DNA of 63,773 bases, the filler included, from Klebsormidium nitens (lineage: Eukaryota > Plantae > Klebsormidiophyceae), in assembly GCA_000708835.1 (NCBI GenBank). It is 8 parts of 8 records of this genome, joined end to end, with 100 filler letters (N's around TTAATTAATTAA, not from the genome) between each part and the next. Parts side by side here need not be neighbours in the genome. Positions count along the whole stretch, not along the records: positions 25,599 to 33,539 come from DF238269.1; positions 33,640 to 54,198 come from DF237925.1; 6 more parts are not named here. One strand, given 5' to 3'. The position numbers and the translations under genes were made by a program. Of this stretch, positions 29,827-40,200 are shown in pieces. A model generated the notes under the pieces. That model made no database searches. It saw nothing but the letters and a program-made list of their open reading frames with translations, and was not told the origin of the DNA. Positions within the stretch are counted from its first letter, which is position 1. Every line of letters begins with the position of its first letter.

Positions 29827-30351
29827 ATGGCAGGTGCAATTGCGGTAGGACTCGAACGCAAGTGCGGCCACATCAGCGATCCGGCCCAGTTTGTCTGTGA
29901 TTCTGCTGGTTGCGGCAAGACGTTCAACGGGGAGAAGTTACTCAAGCGCCACCTGAGATCTCACTCTAAGCAGAATGCGCCCCCGATAAGCTACGAGGGC
30001 TGGAAACAGCACTACAAATACAAGCACATCTACGGCCTCCCGGACGGCAGCGTCTGGAGCTGCAAATCCGGTCGCTTCCTAAAAGGTACGAAGCTCAATG
30101 GCTACATCATGCTGGGAATCGATGGGAAGTTGATTGGACGACACCGCCTTAATTTCGAGATCGCACATGGGCGCGCTGTCTTCCCCGGCATGGAGATCGA
30201 CCACATTGCCCCGCCACCTGCACCGGAAAGCGGAGGATCGGAACGGCCGCCCCAGGACGACAGTTGGGCCAACCTGCAGGAGTTGACGAACCCCGATCAC
30301 AGGCGACGTCACCTTAAAACCGCAAAACCCCTGAAACATGTGCATCCTTGA
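29827..30351 (+). pseudogene. C2H2 zinc finger-NUMOD4-HNH protein, N-terminal half only
   Basis: FVCDSAGCGKTF...LKRHLRSH, then EIDHI...DDSWANLQEL, then truncation. Confidence 0.75.
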
Positions 30352-30466
30352 GAGGAAGTGGGCCGAGTTGTCAATGACGATCTCTCGACGGGGTGTTGAT
30401 GTGAATGTACCAATGCTCACGAACTTAGGAACATGTTTACTCCCACAAAGGGCATCTGTAGAGGAG

Positions 30467-31672
30467 ATGGCAAGTGGCCCCGTGGGAGTGAAGCGCAAGC
30501 ACGGCCAGATCAACGGTCCCAAGCAATTCGTTTGTGATTTTGCCGGCTGTGGTGAGACTTTTACCGGTCCGGAATATCTTACATGCCACTTGCGCTCACA
30601 CTCGAAGCAAAACGCACCACCAACGAGCTATGAGGGCTGGAAGCAGCACTACAAGTATAAACACATCTTTGGGCTTCCGGACGGCCAAGTCTGGAGCTGC
30701 AGATCCGGGCGCTTCTTGAAGGGTACGAAATTCAACGGCTATGTTCAGCTGGAAATTGATGGGAAGAAGATCCAACGCCATTGTCTGAACTTCGAGATCG
30801 CCCACGGGCGTGCGATCGCTTCCGGAATGGATATCGATCACATCATTCCTTCGCCCACACCTAAGGATGGGTCCGAACGGCAGCCTCAGGACGACAGCTG
30901 GGCCAACCTGCAGGAGCTAACCCGGTGGGAGCACAACTCAAAGACCCTTGCGGACAACCCAGACTCGGGCAAGAAGAGGGGTGCTACCCAGGGCTTTCCG
31001 ATTATTGCACTTCATGCCACGAGCGGCAGAGAGGAAAGGTACAGTTCTATTACGGAGGCTGCATCAGCTCTGGGACTTAAACTGTCGACGGTTAAGTTGC
31101 GAATTCGGCAAGGGTCGAGCGAAGAGTATGGCGGCCACGTGTTCCGCAGGTGCCCGGTGCATGTTGCAGAACAGGCGGACAGGCCTGGTGAAGAATGGAA
31201 GGACGCAAAGCTGGATGGGAGGCTGATCAGAGGCATAAGGGTGAGCAGCCTGGGGCGCGTTCAGCTCCGTGATGGGAGGCGGACAGAGGGCAAAGTTAAG
31301 CACGGGCGTCACAAGGTCGGGCTTGAGGTCGATGGGAAGGATGTTCAAGTCTTCGTTCACATACTGATGGTTCACACGTTCATCGGTCCGCCACCGAGTG
31401 ACAAGCACACCGTCGACCACATCGACGGCAACTGCCGCCGCAACGTGAGTGGGAATCTCCGCTGGGCAACAAAGAGTGAGCAAGGGCGGAACCAAACGAC
31501 GAACAGGGCTGTCTGCAAGTACGATCTTCAGGGGAAGCTTCTCGAGACATACGGCACCATTGCAGAGGCCTCAGAGAAGAGCGGCATTTCGTGGGACAGA
31601 TTGAAGTATGCTGTAACATCAGGCAGCACGGCGACCGGCTTCTGCTGGAAGCCGGCACAGCATGATGCATAG
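30467..31672 (+). CDS. Full-length C2H2 zinc finger - (NUMOD4-HNH)x2 - HTH endonuclease
   Basis: CDFAGC...HLRSH; IDHII...WANLQEL; VDHIDGNCRRNVSGNLRWAT; TIAEASEKSG. Confidence 0.85.
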   Translation: MASGPVGVKRKHGQINGPKQFVCDFAGCGETFTGPEYLTCHLRSHSKQNAPPTSYEGWKQHYKYKHIFGLPDGQVWSCRSGRFLKGTKFNGYVQLEIDGKKIQRHCLNFEIAHGRAIASGMDIDHIIPSPTPKDGSERQPQDDSWANLQELTRWEHNSKTLADNPDSGKKRGATQGFPIIALHATSGREERYSSITEAASALGLKLSTVKLRIRQGSSEEYGGHVFRRCPVHVAEQADRPGEEWKDAKLDGRLIRGIRVSSLGRVQLRDGRRTEGKVKHGRHKVGLEVDGKDVQVFVHILMVHTFIGPPPSDKHTVDHIDGNCRRNVSGNLRWATKSEQGRNQTTNRAVCKYDLQGKLLETYGTIAEASEKSGISWDRLKYAVTSGSTATGFCWKPAQHDA

Positions 31673-31721
31673 GGTAACGGCAAAGGCTGTGTTCTTCGCT
31701 CTGGGGCTCTGGTTCTTAGTT

Positions 31722-32435
31722 GCGGACAACCCACGTGCAAGCAAGAAGGGAGGAGTCACCAAAGGCTTCCCGGTGATGGCGCTCCATGTTGCAAGCGGCA
31801 AAGAAAACCTGCACGCTTCGGTAAGGGCCGCCGCATCAACTTTGGGGCTCACCCTGGCGACGGTGCAGAAACGAATCCGACAGGGGTCGAGCAAGGAGTA
31901 CCGGGGCTACATATTCCGCAGGTGTCCAAAACATACGGCCGAGCAAGATGACAGGCCAGGCGAGGTCTGGAAGGATGCAGAGCTTCATGGGCGCCTGATC
32001 AAAGGCATAAGGGTCAGCACCATGGGGCGGGTCCAGCTCCAGTTCGGGAGGCGCACAGAGGGGTGGATCGTGAACAACCGGCGCAATGTCAACCTTCGGG
32101 TGGATGGGCGGACAAAGGTTGTCAAGCTATATGTCCTCATGGCCCACACGTTCATCGGACGGCCGCCCAGTGCCGAGCACACGGTTGACCACATCGACGG
32201 CAACTCCATTCACGATGTCATCTGGAACCTCCGCTGGGCGACCAGGGTGGAACAAGGCCGAAACATCAAGAGCAACAGGGCCGTCCACAAGTACGATCTC
32301 CAGGGCACACTCCTGCAGACGTATGACACAATCGCAGAGGCCGCAGAGAAGAATAGGTTGTCAAGGGGACAGGTGAAGTATGCTGCGAGCACAGGTAGCA
32401 CGGTGACCCGTTTCTGCTGGGTGTTTGTGTCTTAG
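31722..32435 (+). pseudogene. HNH endonuclease paralog, C-terminal half only
   Basis: Begins at ADNPRASKKGG, homologous to ADNPDSGKKRG of the previous gene; VDHIDGNSIHDVIWNLRWAT. Confidence 0.75.
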
Positions 32436-32580
32436 GTCGTGGCCACATCCCTGTGAGGACAGCCGGATCAAGCGTACAGGTACTGGCGCATACTTGGGGA
32501 GCATAAACATTTTGCGAGGCACAATGTTTGTGAAGGACAATTGTCAGCCCGGTGATGTCACATATATTCGTCCCACAGAT

Positions 32581-33087
32581 TCATGGCATTCTGACATTCT
32601 TATGCGTGAATGCGAAAACCATCATGATTCTGTCGCAATTCGGATTTATGCTTCCATCGGGACCGCTAAAGTCGTCATATGTGAGAGTGGTACCGTCGTG
32701 TTTCTTGAATTGAATACGCATGTCGTCGAGGCGTGCCAGGGGGGGGTCATAGATTGTGGGCCCAGTGATGTTGTCACCACACAGAGTATTCAACTGTAAG
32801 TAATCCGAGTTTGAATAACAGCCTATTGCAAACGCATCTTCTCTGCCATCTTCGGAGCATTTCACGGTCCCATTTAAAGGGTCGATTTGGATTATCACAT
32901 AATCTTCCATTACCATCTTTGCAATCTGTAGCTGCACTAGCTTTATGGAGGATATATATTTGAACGGTGCAGATGCACTTGGAATCCGCACTCGGAAATC
33001 GAATGGAGAATCATGAGAGTCACGCACACGATTGTCCACAAGTACAAAAGTCGTCACCTCTGCAGGGCTTTTGGTAGGGTTCTCCAT
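32581..33087 (-). CDS. NCLDV minor-capsid/penton-like (single jelly-roll) protein
   Basis: VLVDNRVRD...F.VRI...ISSIKL N-terminal pattern and YDPPLARLDDMRIQFKKHDG C-terminal pattern, as I recognise from giant-virus structural proteins. Confidence 0.55.
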   Translation of the reverse strand: MENPTKSPAEVTTFVLVDNRVRDSHDSPFDFRVRIPSASAPFKYISSIKLVQLQIAKMVMEDYVIIQIDPLNGTVKCSEDGREDAFAIGCYSNSDYLQLNTLCGDNITGPTIYDPPLARLDDMRIQFKKHDGTTLTYDDFSGPDGSINPNCDRIMMVFAFTHKNVRMP

Positions 33088-33312
33088 TACTGCTTTCTTT
33101 ACTGTACAGAGACAAACTTTACACAATCTATGACGCGGGCAAACAAAGCAAAGACGCAATATACCTGTTGGAATGGAGTCGAAGCATTTGCAAGCGGGAC
33201 ATTGAAGTCAAATGGTGAATCAGATGGGGAACGCTTGCGATTGTCGATCAAAACGTATGTACAGACAGCGTTCGCTTGCGGGTGTCCGTATGTAAGTGGG
33301 ACAGATTACTTC

Positions 33313-33537
33313 CTACGGCTGATCAAAGAGAGAGGAACCTAAGAACTGTCGAAAGGCCATCTGACCACCTCGTAGCGTACGAACAACTGTCCCCGTGCCC
33401 CCACAGCGTACGGGGCAGCCCGCCTCCATGAAGTTGTCCTTGTGGGTGACGGTATAGCAGACCGAGCAGGCTGCATGCGCGCAGCTGGTGCTGAGGCTCG
33501 ACAGCTGGTCCAGCTCCTCTGCACCGCAGAGATGGCA
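33313..33537 (-). CDS. RING-finger C-terminal fragment (5' end in a gap; absent from the ORF track)
   Basis: CHLC-x-CAHAACSVC-x-CPVRC spacing. Confidence 0.65.
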   Translation of the reverse strand, partial: CHLCGAEELDQLSSLSTSCAHAACSVCYTVTHKDNFMEAGCPVRCGGTGTVVRTLRGGQMAFRQFLGSSLFDQP

Positions 33538-33640
33538 CANNNNNNNNNNNNNNNNNNNNNNNNNNNNNNNNNNNNNNNNNNNNTTAATTAATTAANNNNN
33601 NNNNNNNNNNNNNNNNNNNNNNNNNNNNNNNNNNNNNNNA

Positions 33641-33945
33641 AACTCTGGTTAACGTTTGGTTGAGGCGTCAACCAGAGCCTTAACCAACCTTTGGTCGAGA
33701 GGGTTTTTACCTAAGCCTGGTCGACGGTCAACCAAGGGGTTGGTTAACAGCTTGGTTAACCGTCAACCAATCGATGGTTGAAAGCATGGTTGACACGTAC
33801 TGTGCACGGTCGAGAGACTGGTTGAAAGCTAACCAAGGACTGGTTGAAACTAGCCCGACACTGGTTGTACGAACAACCCAATCTGGTTGATAGACAAGTA
33901 ACAGGTTGATAAACAATTAACAGACTCCAATCGAGTTCAACCAGG
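33641..33945. repeat. GGTTGA/TCAACC/GGTTAA-rich palindromic repeat tract
   Basis: Dense tggttga, tcaacca and ggttaacc motifs in both orientations; a similar tract lies at 36819-37072. Confidence 0.7.
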
Positions 33946-36818
33946 ACGTTTATAATCCAACGAAAAAGCTAAGACTGCAGCTACTATTTGTTGACAAATG
34001 TCTTTGCTGGAAGGAAAGGCACGGAAACATGCCGTCCTGGTGCGACCTTCTTCGTCACACAGCCGATTGCGTCCCTTAACAAGGAGGTAGTAGGTCACGT
34101 ACCTCCGAAGGACTTTCCTGGACTCAACGCTTTTTCAGGTCTGTCGCTTTTTCGGCCACTCTGCTCTTGACCACGCTGGTCCTCTGCGCGGCGCTCTGCT
34201 CGAGCTGCAAGATGAGGGCTCGGTCGGCCTGAGTCGGCCGGTGGCAACGCCAGAGCGTTGACTCGAACCTTCTGGAACAACGTCTTCGAAGTCTGATCGA
34301 CCTGCAGGGGGACAAGACACGCAATGTTGAACCCCTCGCAAAGTCCTGAAGCGCGCTTAGTACGGCGCTTGGTAATCTAAGCAAATCCTTGAGGAGTACC
34401 ACGTGGTACTCACCAGGACTAAACTGGACACGTCAACGCAGGATGGATTGAAGGTCCGGACAAGGCCAGTGGTCCGGACAAGGCCAGATGTGCCAATCGG
34501 TGCCAACGCAAGGGCAGAGAAGCCTGCAGGAGAGTCTGGCGTGCTGCACAGGGAAAGCGGGGAGCACGAGCTGAACGCGGGAGGTTTCAGGAGCAGTAAA
34601 GACCCGGTCTAAGAGGTTTAGAAAGCTATTAGTCTCGACAAGGTTTATAGGGGTAATCGAAGATACCGCGACTCACGTTACAGAGGTGGACACGAGGGCC
34701 TTTTATTGGCAATGAAAATGGAATGTTCGACTGAGGGTCCATTGGCAGGCTATAGTGAGTGTCCACGGCAAGCAGGATATTCAAAAGCCTGAGCTATCTT
34801 TTCCATAGAACGTGCTTCTTCTCCCTTGAAGCACGTGTGGTGAAGCAAAAGCACGGGAAGGTTCACATGACTCTCATATTCTCAGATTCGCACAAAAGTA
34901 TTGGCGACTTCAATAGCTAGGTGGTTCCTGACTTGCTTAAAGGAGAGCTGTCAATCTTCTCTTCAATACTGAACATGCTCTCTGGGGCTTTGCCTTTTCA
35001 AGGAGTCCGCTCAGGGGTGCCTAGCCTCGTCAACACAAGATTTGCATTTTTAGCTCACCTTACTTCTGGACAAGAAGCTTCTAGTTTTTTTAGACCAACC
35101 AAGGCCGGTGCTGATCTTGCATATGCGGACATGCAGGACGACTTCGCCATGGTGTTACCGTCTCGTTTAGAGCCCTGTAGACAGAATCACCTGGAGAGAG
35201 ATAAGGGATTAGCACAGATTGTGATTTGGCTGTCTGCTTCAAACCCACGGGCACCAATCACAAACGCTCAATCTAGTAACTCCTGGTCAGACGTTCTGAT
35301 CATCTCCAGTAACCTCCCAAGTCTGAGGCTTAATGATTAGACAAACAAAGCCCAGCTCTAGTCCAAAGTACTGGAGATGCTTGTATTGGCATCTGGAGTA
35401 CCACACTTCAACTCAAGCATTTGGTCAGAAGCATTAACACAATAAGAAGCAAGTTGGCTATCAAGATGAAGACAGTCATGCAAAACCACTACAGCTAAAG
35501 GGCGCACGTGTTAAAGCTTGCATCAAAGCAGTATGATCAAGATTTAATTGTAAAAATCTGTAGAAATATGTGACCTGACTGGTAGACATTCTTCAGTACA
35601 GGCTCAGAATCCAAGGAAAGTCCATACTTGCAGGCATGTAAATCTGATGACAAGCATAAATACATGGCTCTCAAAGCCCCTCTTACCATCATTCAGCTCA
35701 CCAGCACAAGCAATTTTGCTTCCTTGAAGAATGCATATTTGCACTTCATGTGATCCAAGAATCGCACGGAATCGAGCACCATTCTCACCTCTCCTCTGAT
35801 CTGCCAAGATATGCGCTTAGATTCTGTGATTGGTAGCTTAGGATTGATCACAACCACGTGGTGTTAGACTGTAGTACCTACGATTGAAAATCCCCTTGTC
35901 AGTTTTAAGAAAAAACCCGGCCCAGCTACGGTCATTGAAACCTGTTCTTTGTGTAGCAGTGAAGACTCATAGCTCGTATTTTCATCTGCAATCTGCAGAA
36001 CAGGTACATCTTGCTTGGCATTATGAAGGTTCGCCGCCTGTCTGCCGCAGTGCAACCAATCTCCTGGCGAGCTCCTGGCACTTGCATTCTCCTGGCACCG
36101 GCAGCATTTTAGCCTGGCAGAGTCCTCAGCAAATCTCCCGCATATCTTATGGAGCTTGTGAGCAGGTGCTTGCACGTTAAAGCACTAAACCATTGGCAAA
36201 CCCTTTTACAGCAGCTCTTGCAGGTTTCACGCAACGTCGCTCTTGTTTTGCACCAGAGAGATTTCAGTCTCCATCATGAGCAACGCAGCTTCAGGGGCCT
36301 TGATGCCTGCTGGGAGAGATTTCTCTAAGGAGGAGCTTGCTGATCGTGGCGTTTCTGCTGCCGCTGCGCCACTATAAGCCCCTTGCGAGCTGCAAAATGT
36401 ATTCAGAACGATGGCCGCAATCTGCTACACCAGCTCAGCTCACAAACCCTAGGTAGCCAAAACTGGGGATACCAACTGGGTTGCAAGATGCGTTACGTCG
36501 AGAATTGTCAAAATAAAGCCTTGACGCTACCATTACAACATGGAATTATCGGAAACGCTCAACTTCTCTAATCATTCTCAACCTCCTGACCGGAAACTTC
36601 GTAAACCCTGCATGCCACAACGAGGGTGGCCGCCGCGCGCGGCGCGGCCGCGTCGGATAGACGTTGCTCAGACATTGTGCGGTCGATCACTGACCACCCG
36701 TCCGACCCGATTCTGGTGACTAAACGGCTGTTGTTGGACACTGCCGACTTGCAAGCAGTATTCGTGCTGCTCTTCAAACATGTTTCTGATGTCTACGGTT
36801 GTGTAGTCAGCCGAACTT

Positions 36819-37072
36819 TAACCAAGTGTTAACCATGGTCCAGTTGGTGGTTGACCGTCAACCGTGCTTCGGTTGACAGGTTCTTCAACCAGGCTTTCTC
36901 CTGGTTGACGATCTACCAAACTCCTCAACCAAACCGTGCCTGCTGGTTGACGATCTACCAAGCTCGTCAACCAGACTCCGCTTGGTGAACTTCCAACCAA
37001 GCATGGTTAAGACTTTCAACCAAAAGAAGTCTGGTTGACGTCAGGTAGAGTTTGGTTAAGGTTGTTGGTAGA
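36819..37072. repeat. Second GGTTGA/TCAACC-rich tract
   Basis: ctggttgacgatctaccaa occurs twice, with many tcaacc/ggttga motifs. Confidence 0.7.
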
Positions 37073-37299
37073 CTGCGAAAACGCCCTGTGCGAATCTTTA
37101 GGGCGTGAAATGCAGCTGACTCGACTTCGACGGCCCAGCAATTGCCGCGCACGCACGCCAGAGGATACTTCTTGGTGGCGGGTCGACCTTTGCGTGCTTG
37201 CTTCGGCCATCAGGCTCCTCGACGTTCGTCTGTGAAACGTGCGTGCAGAAGGCTATACTTCGCTTGTTGGAAGATTTTGGACCGCCGGATGAAGAAGAG

Positions 37300-40200
37300 C
37301 ACTTATCGGCTATGACAAACGTAAAGCTGGGGGTCGGTTTCAAGAGCCCATTGTAGCCGTGTATGCGTTGGCGGTTGGACGGAGCCACGGATTTGCTGGA
37401 GCGGTTTCGAATTCACTCACGTTCGTTCAGTTGGGCACCAACGGTGCAATGAAGTCCGGAAAGTCCGGGCGTCCGCTGGATCCCACAAGAAAGGTTTTTG
37501 AATGTTCCAAACGAGTCTCTTCGTGAGCAAGTCGGACGGGGGTTCGAGTTGCACTGGAGCGACATACCGCATGCTCCAGATTCCCGTCCAGTATTCTCTT
37601 GACGCGTTTCTTGAGCGGTCTCTCCCTTCTCATTTCTGGTTCGAACCTCAAGCTTCGATCTATGAACCAGTAAGAAACATGGCCTTAACGATGAGTCTGC
37701 TTTTCCATGGATAGTTGGGCATTCGTAATCAGCCCACAGCACGTTAGCAAGTTTCTCAACGGCGGCATGAACCATTATGCATCCAAGTAAAATAATATTT
37801 ATGTTAAAGGCGTTGTAAGTTGTGTTGCTAAGCGGTCAATGTATCCCGCGACCATTTGAGGCCGCAATAATAGCACGCCGATAAGGGAATCATCGGGCAG
37901 AATGCCTCCATCTTGAAGTACCAGATTAGACTAAACTAGGGAGGCAGAAAGTCTTGCACAGCCGCAACCTGGCGCCTGCAAGCAATCATATATCAGCCCG
38001 TCTCTTTTATATTCCGGCTATAGACAGACAGAAATGAGATGCTATATTTTTTTGCCATGATTTATCCGATAGTGGAAGGATGCGGCAAACGGATGGAGTG
38101 CCGTTCGAAAGTGGCTGTGACGCCTAGACCTGTGGGTTGCTCTTTGCTTCCCAACCTCTGCTCGTCCGAGTCCGGAGCCGCAAGGAAAGCAGCCCGAAGG
38201 TCTTATTCATTCCTATACAGTCTACTTGGCTAAGATTAGTTTCGTGCCTGATTTGTTCGTAAGGAACTCGAATCTTCACGTTACAAGCAGGTAAAAACTC
38301 CGACAACACAGTGGTCACGGAGGAAACGCTGCCAAGCTTTTTCAAATACGAAACTGGTCGTCTGGACAGGAACGCCCAAAATTTGTATGGGTTATAAATA
38401 GAGCATCACAGTAAGAGCACAATGTCTTCCGGCTCGGCCTGTGTAAGATTCCTGTATGAGATGGTCCTTCGGAAGACGGCGAAAAGTGCAGCGTCAACGG
38501 CAAACTTTGAGTGCACTTCGTGTCTGAATTCGATCGCCGCTCGGCTCAAATCTAAGTTTAGCTATTTCGCTTCTACCCTCCTGAGGGGACGAATATTTCC
38601 CGTCCGTCATCGTTTTCCTCTTGTTCCGCGTTGTTCTGAATGCATCTCTTAATGTGGGTCGAAAATGGATTTCTCCGATTTCGTTCCCATCCTCTTTCAG
38701 CGCGGACAGGTTGCTGACGTACGCGGATTCCGTTTGAACGGAGTGCTGATCGTCGCCAAGCGCTGTTAACCGGCCGTTGAACTTTTTGCCCGCGCTCGCC
38801 GGTCCACCTTCTGATTAGGAGGTCACATCCTAATCACAGAAGATTCTTGTACAGACTGCGAGATTCGACAAAGAAGTGTGCTGTCCACATATGTGGCGCC
38901 AAGAAGAAGGTTCTCTTGTCTCGTATCGTAGGTTAAGAATGTCGCCCCGCCGCTTCTTGTGGGCTCCGCCAGTGGGAGGGTGTCTTTCTGAAATTTCACG
39001 TTGCTTCGCCACCCGGCAATTCAGAATAACGAAACAAATACAAATGCTCGGGTTCGTGCAGCTTGACTGCGATATTTCAAGCATTGGGACTGCCTTCGAG
39101 CGAGCATACAGAATATCCGACACATTTCCTGAGCCAGATTTGATGTGCAAAAGGCGGCACTTCCAAGGTCGGTCATGAGGCTGCGGACTTCACGTCTTTG
39201 ATAAGATACCACATAAGTTACGTGTTTGGTCTATCCGGGCTTCTGAAAGCAATCGGACAATGCGTATCCCTGACCTTTCATTTTAGGGGTGCCACGAGAT
39301 GAATTGTTCACTTAGGGTCAACGGCTTGGAAGCAATACATTCCAGCGTTCGACGGTCTTTCATGAGTTAGGGTTATCCTTCGCAGAAATAGCTTTACAAG
39401 GATTGAAGACAGTCAATGGCGCAGATTGGACTTCCGTACCGCGGGAACGCTTTGGTGAACTTGTTCAAAGACCCTGCTTGGAGAGTCGCTCAAGTATGCT
39501 TCCTGATTCCAACGAACTCATGGACTTTCGAGTTTTCCTTATGTCGCGCCTCTTTTATGGCTTGACCTGTATGGTTGAAGGTTAGTCAAGTTCGTCTGCC
39601 TGTCACGCGACGTTGACGATTGAGTGGCTGTGATATTCGCCAGTCGCGTTTGGGTTCATCCTACGGACCCACATGTGGCTTAGGTGGCCTTGGCCACTGA
39701 TGCTGCTCCCATAGAAAGCTCTGCACCTTCTACCGCCTGATTTTTCTTTAATCACCAGATCAAAATTCCAACGTGCTTTGTGCGGCCTTACGGCTCCCTC
39801 GAATTGCATTTTGGTTGTGACCCATGCGTAGCAAAGGTTTTTTGCTCGGTGAAAAATTGTAGACCGCCGGATGCAGGAGAGCACTCAGCGGCTGTGAAAG
39901 ACGCCAAGCTGACTAGGGTCGGCCATTTTTGTGTGCCCAGTGCAGCTCTACACCAATTCTGGACGGATCGTTGCAACGCTTGAGCCGCTGTGTTGTATCA
40001 GCAGTCCCCGCTTTGGGGCCTTTCCTGTGAACCCACATGAAATCCTCGTGGGCTTGCTCTCACAAAGGACTTGCACCTCCGAAAACGTGCTTCTTGTATA
40101 TGGATTGCCTTGCTTAATGGATTTTGCATGGCGCTAGATGCAGTCGTTGCGTCAATTTCCCTTCAGGTCGACAGTACGGCGCTGGCCGCGCGCTTGCGCC

